Positions 10,914 to 22,580 of a stretch of 64,000 nt of DNA are shown here, in pieces. Every line of letters starts with the position of its first letter. Positions within the stretch are counted from its first letter, which is position 1. A program made the translations under genes and the position numbers. Source of the DNA: Azolla caroliniana (Eukaryota > Plantae > Polypodiophyta); contig JBHGNT010000001.1 of the NCBI GenBank assembly GCA_043228905.1, positions 2,480,001 through 2,544,000 on the forward strand. The letters are read 5' to 3'. The notes beneath the pieces were generated by a model. That model did no database searches and was not told the origin of the DNA. It worked only from the letters and a program-made list of their open reading frames with translations.

Positions 10914-11700
10914 AAGTTTCTAAAAAGCATGATTAAAAATGTATTAAAAATATATATAATGTTCAATATATATATATATATATTATAAGTTTACTTGCTT
11001 ATAAGGAAAAGTATTGCAATACTCTAAACGTTAGTATTGATTGAGTAGCTCTTATCAAGGTTGATTGTAAAAGAGCGGTTACATGCGAATATTACATGCA
11101 GAGGAGTCACACATGTAACCTTTAATAATAGTAAAAAGGGATTCACATAAGTGGCACAAAGAATATTTGGATGTGTAGGGTTGTATGCAAAACGTATGTT
11201 TCTATGATTGTATGCGTATTATGGATGTATGAATGACTGTGTGTATATGCCTGTGTGCATGTGTGAATGTAGGTCGATGGAGACAAACAAGGGAGGGACC
11301 TCAATGTATTATTTGATGGAGGGGAATAACGTCTACGCATTTACACACCCCAAGTTTATCGGTACAATCATATAATATTGTCTAAATTTAACAGTTGAAT
11401 AAGCACCCTACATAAATTCTAGTGGAGACATGGACCAACAAGTTGATGTGTTGGAACAACAAAAGCTAACTTCTCTTCTCGATGCAACTTACAGAAAACC
11501 CAAGTTGGATTGATATTGATGCGCTTGAAAAACACAGATTATGTTGCCTTGGGAATTTAGAAGATATTATGTGTTCTAGCACAAAGTAGAAGTTTGAATC
11601 TAAGCCTTTTTGGTACATTATATGAGCTATTATCAATATCATGATCCTGTTATAATATACCCAACGATACATATTATCTCTGTGACTACTTGTGTCCAAT

Positions 11701-11777
<77 letters not shown>
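11701..11777. repeat. Compound (CT)n(AT)n microsatellite
   Basis: Directly visible; reduced to a short (AT)n in the paralogue at ~19642. Confidence 0.95.
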
Positions 11778-11780
<3 letters not shown>

Positions 11781-14087
11781 CAGGCAAGGATGTAATGCTT
11801 TCATACATCTCTATTTCTTTATGATTGCCGTATTGTGATTCTATAAAACCATTAGTAGAGAAAAAAGGCATTGTTGTTACTGTAGACATATTACTGTTAT
11901 CACTACAGATTTAGAGCCTTTGCGTAACTTATAAGTATTTCATCATCATCATTATGGGCGCAATAGCCATAGCCATAGTCATAATCGTTGTTGTTATCAT
12001 CATCATCCTCCTCTTCATAGTACTGAAGAATAATACAATGAGTAATATAACAATTATCAATCTGTCCTTCCGTTGAGTGGCCATGGGCTCCTGGAAGTAA
12101 CTAGAAGAAAACAAATTAAAAAAGACACAGTTAGTGTTACTACCTCTACATGATGAAGTGTGTAAATTGAATTTAAAGGATATACATAATTGAGGGGTAT
12201 AAAGATCTATTTGTGTATATGTTCTGAATATAATTCACAATCAATGTAATGGAATTTACTGCTCTTCACATATACATATTACATATTCACAATTGCTGTA
12301 ATATCTCCTATTAGAGTAGCATTCGATGTGGTTTTAGTACCTAGACCTGCACTCAAGGGTGACGGTGAAGGAAAAGTACTGAGCTATTAGGCCTATCAAG
12401 GCCATGCGATGTGTTTTTAGTTGCGATAAGAATTTGTAGCGACCATCAATTATCATAAGTTGATCCTTGGTTCCATGTCATGTACTCAATTTATTGTATT
12501 TCAACATACAGCATGATAAGATAGATCTTATTTTACAAGTAATAATTAGTGGGATAATACATCATTGTGATATGATATTTTAAAGGGAGATGTATTGTTA
12601 TATTGAATAATTTAGATGAAAACCTTAATTTGTATTGTTTAATGTTGTTCAAATAATATTCTTGATTACAACTTAATGTCCATCTATTTTTTCCCTGAAT
12701 TATCTAGTTCTTAATGCTCATTAATCACCATATTAAGTGCTTCATAAGTGTTCACCACTATAAATTGGCGATTATTGTTGCCACCACTTTCCTAGCTTTA
12801 CATGAAAAAGAGTAAGGACTACTATAAGATTGTACAATCTATCGTAAATATAATTCAAATCGTATTTAGTTTCCCATTATTTTATTTCTCGTGGTTTAAT
12901 AAAACATTAGTTAACATATATATGAGTTTACTTTAGCGTATATTCCCTTATGCCCGGGATTTAATATTTCCCAAGTTAAGAAAGTGTCAAGCATCAGTCA
13001 CACAGACTACAACATGTAATCTATGGTAAACAATCCAGTTTCACTAAAATTATATCGCCCCATTCTTAACAGAATTATTCCATCTTGCATTACGTTAGTG
13101 TGGTGTGTTTTGGCTTGTAAGGGAAAGCACACCATATACTTTTCTTAATGAAAAGAGTATACTTCAAAGGTATATTTACCAACAAGATAGGCATTCAGAG
13201 TCCACATAATCATAAGACTATAAAATATGTGCATCAAAGAAAACCAATTTAATGTATGCATTGGAAACCCAACAACTGATTCGAGGAATTGGCACTATGA
13301 TGGAATGAATGAGTGAAATTGTACAAATTGTAAGTTTGTTTTTTGCTCTTGGTGTGTGACAGGGGAACTACTAGACTAAGTCAAGAGATATATTAAAGTA
13401 CAAAGGACGAAGATAATAAATGAAGCAATATTGTAATAACATTAATAAAACTTTTTGGAAAAGAAAACATTAAGAAATAAATAAATAAATGAACTCACAT
13501 ATTTCAATGTCCACTCAAAAACAAAGTCTATTATAAAAAAAAAAGAATTGGATTGTGAACTTTTCATTTATTTATTTAAATATTAATGTAGGAGACAACA
13601 ATTGAGTTAGACAACTATTTGCCAATATATAAGATTAAATAAATCTAATAGCATAATATGTCGCTTACTCATCATCTTCAATGTAAAAATAAATTCATTC
13701 ATCGGTTCATTATGAAGAACATTGTAATGAATCACATGCAAATCTCGAGTTCATTGCTCCCACCATAGTTTGTGTCTACTGTTGGCCAACATGTGATGTT
13801 AGTATTGATAGTGACAAGTTCCACAAGGTGAAGCCCAAAAGGCCTCATACCAAAGACGTTGACAAATTTGTTATTATATAAAGTTATGCTTATGATCAAT
13901 TATACGAAGTGAGCCAAAGGTGCACACAACAACGGGCACTCAAAATTGATATCGTGGTCGGGAATCAATACTGCATGATCAATAAAACATTGTTTACATG
14001 GGGTGGGTAGAGTCATCGGATTAGGACAAATTTGTGGGAATTGACAAATATATAGAGTGTCTTCGTAGTCAACTTGTCCATATCTGT

Positions 14088-14166
14088 TTGTTTTCTTCTT
14101 CTTCTTTTGTGACACGGGAACTTCGAGGGGAGCAGGTCAAGAAGTCATGGAGCATTCCAATAACAG

Positions 14167-14223
<57 letters not shown>

Positions 14224-14652
14224 ATAATAATAATAATAATAATAATAATGTAAAGCACTTAAGTCAAGCGGCGTGAACTGCATCAAACTCAAAAGTCAAG
14301 GGGAAACAAGTCAAGCAACATATAAATAAAATTTAAAGACGTGTGTCTATAGTTTGTAACTCAATCTTGATGTTATTTATGAATGGAATTAGTCATGTAA
14401 ATGGCAATTAATATGTATATTAAAAACTATTGTACAAAACCGCGTTTTCCAAAGACCTCTATAAGACCCCTTCCTCCTCTTCTCATTTCATCTAATTGTT
14501 TGCTGCCTAGTTCTTGTGCTTTATGGTCTGGTGTGTTCAATCAACCCCTCATCCTTTTTGTCGTTGTTTCAATGTCATTGGTTCTGTGCATATCTAATGT
14601 TCTGCATTCTCGTAGTTTATGTAATTCCTTCATTTATGCATTCGTTTTACAT
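14088..14652 (+). pseudogene. Promoter-only remnant of the small-gene family (paralogue of the 22290 promoter), CDS lost
   Basis: W-boxes, TATAAGA at 14460 and intron start match 21578-22160. Homology stops at ~14652, where a copy of 7668-8085 begins. Confidence 0.75.
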
Positions 14653-17600
14653 TGATTAGTTAACAACTTCCCATTCACAATGCATTACACTCACCCATTC
14701 AAATGGAGTAACAAATAAATAGCTAGGACGGGGACAATAAAACCACCACAAACATGGTTCAAACGATAGTCAATATCCACATCCCATATGACCCCTCACT
14801 ACAAGAGGTGCACACAAACAAAAAAGAGACCATAGTAAGTCCCACACCATACCAAGTGTCAAAGCTAATAATCATGGGAAATAATATGTGCAACTCTACC
14901 AAGAGAAGTAGAGATGCTAATTAAGGATCTTATTTTAGATGCTAATTAAGGATTTCTGATATGTACCCGATGTCACAAAAGATAATCATATATTGTTTCA
15001 AAAGCGTATGAATTGCTTTTCAAGTCATGTTGCCACAAAGGTAACTTTCCAATATTAGACCTTATCACATTCTGAGGCCAAATTTAGTACGGAAGAGGTG
15101 TAGTTGTAAATAAATAAATGACTTGAAAAGATATTAAATCATGTATGAATTTAGTATGAAGGAGACGTCCTTTTGAACTAGCATTATTATTCCAGTGACA
15201 CCACCTATAATAATAATATCATTATTATTATTCTTATTATACAAATAATAGTAATAACCAATAACAAAAACAATAATAATAATAATGCAAAAGATATAAG
15301 TAAAAAACATGTATAAAATGGAGAGCCTAGGTCAAGTGGAAAGAAGTCAAGCAATGTAAATAATAAAGAGATCTAGTAGACACATATTTATGACAATTAA
15401 CAACAAAAGCCATGAGCATAAAGTCAAGGATTAGCTGGATGTTATTCAACTATTATTCAATCATCTAAATTATAGTTTTCTACATCATGTCCATTTAGAG
15501 CATTTTTCTGCATTAATGGGGTCATCAACGTTGTTGACTGGGTCTTTACCTAGTTCATTTATAAGTATTTGGGATCAAGCTAGTTACCGAAATGGGCTTC
15601 AACTTTAATATGTTTGTTGCATATGTCAATTAGGTATTAAACAAGGGAAATTGGCATAACAAGGTAGTGGGAAATCAAACTAAAGGGAAATGGGTATTGT
15701 GTGAGGGGGAACAAAAATGCTTACCTTCTATGAAGCACTACAAAACAAGGGGGCATACAATGGACCATTTAATGTTTCCAAAAATATGATGCTAAACATA
15801 GCCTTCACTTGTTAAATGTTGCAATATCAAATGTGGATCCAACCTTTTGTTATTGTTAACACAACCAATGGATGTTAGGCAAAAACACTATAAGATCACC
15901 TAGTCTCATGACGAGTAGCATCTACATGCTTATATATAATTAGCCCCTCATTGGTAAATATTAATAGTGGCAAAGAACTTAGATGGTTTAATGAGAACAT
16001 TGGAACGAATTGCATGCATATCTCAAGTTCATTTCTCCCACCATTGTTTCCTTATTGTTGGCCTACATGTGATAGTAATATTGATAGTGACAAGTTCCAA
16101 GAAGTCAAGCCTAAAGATCATAATGAAGAAGAAAAAATAGTGATATAAAGTCTTGTGGATGGTGAATTATACAAGTTTAGTCAAAGGCACAGACAACAAC
16201 ATTATCACTACCACATTATCAATAAAGCATGTGCATGGGTGGATACAGTGTTCGGAGGATGAAATTGGTGGAATTGGCAAATATATGATGAGTACCCAAG
16301 TCAACTTTCCAAATCACATTTGTTTTTCTTCTATGCTCCTGTGACACGGGAACGTAGAGGCCGAAATCCAAAAGTATTAAAAAATTGATACACCACAAAT
16401 AAACATAAGACGTATATAGCAACCAAAGTCTGCATCATGTAGATCAACATCAATAATAAAACTGATGCATATAATTTGTGTAGGATTTATGATTCATTTC
16501 TTGAACTAATTGATGTTTCATGTATTGGGTTATTGCAAAATTGTGTCCAAGGTGTAGCTAATGATTGGTTAATCATGTGTCATCTTAAAGGACACCGTTT
16601 CTTCCTGATGGGCTTATAATTTATTTATTTTTACTTAACGATAAGGTAAATTATTTCAATACTGCCTAGTGCCGCCTAAGGTAAAAATAATAAAACGCCA
16701 TAATATGTATTTGTTTTTCCTTAGCATTTTAAATGTTGACTTGTCTAGTGACACGAGAACTATGCAGAGGAGATGTGGGAACTTAAAAAGGAGACCTCCT
16801 TTTGAAGTATTCCAATGACACTACAATAATAATAACAGCAACAATAATAATAATAGAACTAATGCAAAAAGATATAATAAAAAAAGGTCTAAAGTGATGA
16901 TCAGAAGTCAAGTGGAAAGAAGTCAAGCAACATAACTAAACTAATAAAGAGATCTAGTAGACGCATATTTATGACAAATAACAACAAAAGCAAGAGCATG
17001 AAGTCAAGGATTAGGTTGGATGTTATTCAACTACTAGATTCAATCATCTAGTATTAGAATTGCATGGAAATAAATAATATTATTATGCATTCGAATATCT
17101 ACAAGTGATCTGTTTCATCTAATTGTTTTGGTGCCACTATTATGTGAGTGGGTATATCGATTGACATTCACTCATCCAAGGCAAGGTGAACAAAGAAGAA
17201 AAGATAACTTGACCACCTAGAATTCATGATTCGTGAGGAGTCAATGGTATGTATACTACAACATTTGAAGTCTTCCAATATATTATTATTTGCATTGATC
17301 ATTTGTATGTTTCAATAAGTGCACCCTGCTTATAGTTGCAAATGGGCATTTGGTCAACATCCACGAAATTCAATACAAAACCTTGACAATCGACATGCTA
17401 CCATATTCGAGTATTTTAAGTAGAGTACCAAGCAGGTGCAAGTGTCAACAGCAATACAATATCTGAAGGTAAGCTTCCATATGCACATCAAGTAAATTAA
17501 TTGTACGAGCTATTTTATGAAGTTGGTTTGAGATATAAATTAGCATTTTTTCATATGGCAAGCACACAATAACATGCACACGACAATTGCATGTGCTCAA

Positions 17601-17738
17601 AGTCTCGTGCTTGGAAATCACTAGCGCCACATTGTGATAAATAAAATATGTGCACTAATTCAAGAAATATGAGCGTTATGTGTATGTGCAAGTAGATACA
17701 TATCATAACGAAATCACAAAATTTAATAATACGGTGAG

Positions 17739-18134
17739 AGTCAACTTGTGGAGTTTGATTTTTTCGTTGGTCTAGTGATAAAGGAATTGCTTAGAGGATG
17801 CAGAACAACTTAGAGGAGAGTCGAGAAGTCAAGAAGAAGCATTCCTATTCCATTGATCATAATGACACCACCTACAATAATAATAATAATAATAATGCAA
17901 AATATATAAGTCAATAGGTTAAGTCAAGCAACATAAATAAATAAAGAGAGCTAGCTAGTAGACAGATATTGATGACACATAGCAACAAAAGGCTGGAGTA
18001 TGAAGTCAAGGATTAGTTGGACGTTATTGAATTATTATTATTATTTTTGCAAAATCGAGCATGGCATGGGGCCATGGCAGTTAATATTAACATATTTGAT
18101 ATACATTAAAGTCGGCAAGGAGCTGCCTATAAAA
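17739..18134 (+). promoter_or_regulatory. W-box cassette and TATA box of small gene 18517
   Basis: AGTCAA at 17739, 17827, 17909, 17922, 18004. TATAAAA at 18128; intron acceptor at 18409. Confidence 0.7.
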
Positions 18135-18516
18135 GCACTTCCCCATAATCTCTTCTTATTCTCACACTTCATCTCGGTTGTTTGCGTGCTTGGTGAATCC
18201 GATCTGCTGTGTTCCAATCCATTAATCAACCCTCGGATCCATTATTCTAATTATTATCATCATTTGTAATTCCTTCAACATGTTAATTGGGTTTTGTCAT
18301 GCATCTCTGATGTTCCGAGTTTAGTTTAGGTTTATATAGATCATTCCATTCAATTTCTCCGGTTTTTGGGTTCTGATCTTTTGGAGATGTGTTATTATTG
18401 CCATTACAGATCAAAGAGCGCGGGGCGATTCCTCTAAATAATTATTTGATCATCCGTCCTTCCTCGTCATTGCCAAGTCTAGTGGTCATCACCAGCGTCT
18501 TCATCAAAACTGAAAA

Positions 18517-18888
18517 ATGAACGGAAAGGGTACTCTACACGTTAAAAATGAATCAAACCTCACTGTTAGAGTCGAGCGTCTGCGGCATGGTAATGATGAG
18601 GTGGAAGGCGGGGTTCCGATGATGGTGCCTGCAGGACAATCCCTCTCTACGCACATCAACCTTAGCCATAATCATAATCAGAACCTGGATGTGACAGCAG
18701 TCCGCTTTACATTCCTGGAGGATAAGGTCAAGGAGGATATGGTCAAGGAGGATAAGGTCAGGGAGGATATGCGCAGGGAGCAACATGGGATAACAGAAGC
18801 GGATCGCAAGGCCAACCGTCTCGTCTTCGTTGTTACTCCCGCATATGTCGTCCAGAAGCACTCGGCTCCTGTAAATCCTAGAAGATAA
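18517..18888 (+). CDS. Small beta-rich protein, family copy 2 (123 aa, HGN subgroup) with an internal EDxVx repeat
   Basis: Paralogue of 9428 with the same promoter and UTR architecture; 15-bp repeat at 18718-18771. Confidence 0.85.
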   Translation: MNGKGTLHVKNESNLTVRVERLRHGNDEVEGGVPMMVPAGQSLSTHINLSHNHNQNLDVTAVRFTFLEDKVKEDMVKEDKVREDMRREQHGITEADRKANRLVFVVTPAYVVQKHSAPVNPRR

Positions 18889-19358
18889 TTTTGTTGTGGG
18901 ATTTGCAGGAGTCTGAGAAACATGTCTTACTTTCACGTTTCTTCTTGCTCTATTTTACTTATATATTATCGTACTAACGCTTGGGTGGGGTGGGGTGGGG
19001 TGGGTGGGCAGGGGAGTCTCATGGTGAAAGCTATAAATGATCATCAAGCTTGCAGGGGGTTCAATTCCCCTAAGACTCGAGGGATTCACATAAGTGGCTA
19101 ACAATGAATAGTTGGATGTGTATGGTTGGATGCAAAACGTATGTTTCTATGATTGTATGATTATTATGCATGTATGTTCAATCATGAATGTGTGTGTATG
19201 AAAGAACGAAAGTTAACAGTTGGAATTCTAGTGGAGACATGGACCCAACAAGTTTATGTGTTTGTAACAACAAAAGCTAACTTCTCTTCTCGATGCAACT
19301 TACAGAAAACCCAAGTTGGATTGATATTGATACGCTTGAAAAGCACAGATTATGGTGG

Positions 19359-19641
19359 CTTGGGAATTTAGAAGATATTAGGTGTTCTAGCACAAAGTAG
19401 AAGTTTGAATCTAAGCCTTTTTGGTACATTATATGAGCTATTATCAATATCATGATCCTGTTATAATATACCCAACGATACATATTATCTCTGTGACTAC
19501 TTGGGAATTTAGAAGATATTAGGTGTTCTAGCACAAAGTAGAAGTTTGAATCTAAGCCTTTTTCGTACATTATATGAGCTATTATCAATATCATGATCCT
19601 GTTATAATATACCCAACGATACATATTATCTCTGTGACTAC
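19359..19641. repeat. 141-bp tandem duplication
   Basis: cttgggaatttagaagatatt... at 19359 and 19500; single copy in the paralogue at ~11548-11690. Confidence 0.95.
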
Positions 19642-21577
19642 ATATATATTGGCATGCAAGGATGTGATGATTTTATACATCTCTATTACTTCATGATTGC
19701 CGTATTGTGATTCTATAAAACCATTAGTAGAGAAAAAAGCCATTGTTGTTACTGCAAACATATTACTAGAGCCTTTGTGTAACTTATAAGTATTTCATCA
19801 TCATTATTATGGGCGCAATAGCCATAGCCATAGCCATAGTCGTTGTTGTTATCATCATCATCATCCTCCTCTTCATAGTACTGAAGAAGAATAGAATGAG
19901 TAATATAACAATTATGAATCTGTGCTTCCAAGCCGTTGAGTGGCTATGCGCTCCTGGATGTAAATAGAAGAAAACAAATAAAAAAAGACACAGCTAATGT
20001 TACCTTAATTTGTATTGTTTGATGTTGTTGGAATAATATTATTGATTAGAATTTAATATCCATCTATTTTTGCGCTGAACTATGTAGTTCTTAATGCTCA
20101 TTCATCACCAAATTAAGTGCTTCATTAGTGTTCACCGCTATCAAATTATCAATTGGCTATTATTGTTCCTACCTTTACATGAAAAAGCGTAATCGATATT
20201 ATAAGATTGTACATACTATCTTAAATATAATTCAAAACGAATTTAGATTACTTTAATCTTATTTCTCGTAGTTTAAAAGTACATTAGTTAACATATATAT
20301 GAGTTTACTGTAGTCAAGAATAAGGGTGAGATTGCTCCAATTCAACACTTTGTGCACAATGTGACAAAGTTACCTTTCTTTTGAATATTCCATGTAATAG
20401 AAAGCACACACCATATACTTTGCTTAATGAAAAGACTAGACCTCCATATACTTCAAAGGTATTTTTACCAACCACATAGGCCCCCCACACAATCATAAGA
20501 CTATAAAAATTATATGTGTATAAAAGGAAACCAATTTAATGTATGCGTTGGAAACCCAACGACCCATCCGAGGAATTGGCAATATGATTGAATTGAGTGA
20601 AATTATACAAATTGTAAGTTTGTTTTTTTCTCTTGGTGTGTGACAGGGGAACTACTAGACTCGGTCAAGACATATATTAAAGTATAAATGACAAAAATAA
20701 TAAGTCAAGCAATATTGTAATAACATTAATGAATAATAAATAAATGAACTCGCCTATTTCAATGTCCATTGAAAAACAAAGTCTATTATTAAAAAAAGGA
20801 TTGGAGTGTGAACTTTTCATTTATTCATTTAATTATTAATATAGAAGACAAACTGTTGAGTTAGACAACTATATGAGATTAAATCAATCTAATAGCATAA
20901 TATGCACAGAATAGAAGTTTAATATATGTTGCTTATAAGCTCCTCTTGAATCTTCATTTTAAAACTTATGATTCATTGGGCATAACTCATCATCGTCAAG
21001 GCAAAAATAATTCACTCATCGATTGATTATGAGAAATATAACGTTTGCACATACCGTGAGTATCCCGAAACCAAAGGTAAATTCAACCTTATAGTTACTC
21101 CTAACACAACCAATGGGCATAAACCAATGTAAGGTCACCTAGTCTCATAACAAGTATCGTTTATATGTACTTATATATAATTAGGTTCAGATTGATAAGG
21201 TTTAATGGCAAAAAAAAATTACATGATTTTATAAGAACATTGGAATGAGTCAGCATGCAAATCTCGAGTTCATTGTTCCCACCATTGTTTGTTCAGTGTT
21301 GGCCTACATGTGATATTAATATTGATAGTAACAAGCTCCACAAGGTCAAGCCCAGAAAGCATCATACCATAGATGTTGACCAATTTGTTATTACATAGAA
21401 GTTACGCTTATGGTCAATTATACAACGTGACCCATTAGGTGCACACGACAACACACGCTCAAAATTGCTATCGTGGTCGGGAATCACTCCAACATGATCA
21501 ATAAACTTGTGTGGGTAGAGTCATCATAATAGGACGAAATCGTGCCCGAATTTACAAATATATAGCGTTGTCTTCGG

Positions 21578-21682
21578 AGTCAACTTGTCCAATTATCATG
21601 TTTGTTTTCTTCTTCTTTTTACGTGACACGGGAACTTAAGAGGGGAGAAGGTCAAGAAGTCAAGGACCATTCCAATAACAGC

Positions 21683-21713
<31 letters not shown>

Positions 21714-21966
21714 GTACAGCACTTAAGAAGTGAAGCGGCGTGAACTGCAGCCAACTCACGAGGAAAGAGGAAAGAAGTCAAGCAGCATATAAATAAATAA
21801 AATAGATATAAAGCCGTATGTATGTATATGTATTATCGGAACAAAGGTCTAACAGTTTGTAAGTCAATATTGATGCTATTTACGAATGGAATGTAAATTG
21901 GTAACTAATATCTATCTTACAAAATATATTGTAGAAAACCGCGTTTTTCCAGAGACCTCTATAAGA
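21578..21966 (+). promoter_or_regulatory. W-box cassette and TATA box of small gene 22290
   Basis: RGTCAA at 21578, 21650, 21658, 21776, 21862. TATAAGA at 21960; intron acceptor at 22197. Confidence 0.7.
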
Positions 21967-22289
21967 CCTCCTCCTCCTCCTCTTCTCATTTCATCTAATT
22001 ATTTGCTTCCTGGTTCCTGTCTTTTATGATTTGGTATGTTCAATCAACCCCCTCATCATCATTTTTGCCGTTGCTTCAATGTCATTGGTTCTGTGCATAT
22101 CTGATGTTCTGCATTCTAGTAGTTTATGCAATTCCTTCATTTATGCATCCATTTTACACTCAGGATTGTTGGAGATGAATTATTCTTGTTATTACAGATC
22201 TACATCCATCGCAATTATTTCATAATCATCGTCACTAGCTCCTCATCATCATCGGATTCATAAAACTGAAAAAAAAGAAGAAGGATATA

Positions 22290-22580
22290 ATGACTTCTGC
22301 AACTATTATAAATAAAACTAATGACCATCTTGCGGCCCAGCTTATGTTACATTCTGTAATTCAGCAAACAGTGTCCATGGAGCCAGGGCAAACGGACCAC
22401 ATCACCATCCCTAACAACCATGATTATAGGAACATCGATTTTTACAAAATCAGGTTTATATTCAGCAGAAACGGACAGGTAATCTTTAGGATAGATCAAG
22501 CGTTGGATGAACACAATCGCCGCTTCTGTGCTCGCAGCATTGGTGATGATGGTAACGCTTATTATGTAGAGGTTAACTGA
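22290..22580 (+). CDS. Small beta-rich protein, family copy 3 (96 aa, SV subgroup)
   Basis: Aligns with 31591: AxIIN, (H/R)SVxQ, EPxxxxxITIP, KxRF, GxxIxRxD. Same promoter and UTR architecture. Confidence 0.85.
   Translation: MTSATIINKTNDHLAAQLMLHSVIQQTVSMEPGQTDHITIPNNHDYRNIDFYKIRFIFSRNGQVIFRIDQALDEHNRRFCARSIGDDGNAYYVEVN

Larger units (their letters stand above)
10800..14652. repeat. Segmental duplicate of ~18950-22160 (with indels)
   Basis: Colinear matches: tRNA-like element, ctaacttctcttctcgatgcaacttacag, catcatcat tract, gtgtgacaggggaactactagac, W-box cassette, TATA and intron start. Confidence 0.9.

Noticed and set aside
11466-19624. Repeated minus-strand ORFs containing NMYRWVYYNRIMIL (11466-11804, 19277-19624)
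   Set aside because: Explained by the segmental and 141-bp duplications; interrupted by microsatellites; no recognisable domain. May be an unidentified TE relic.
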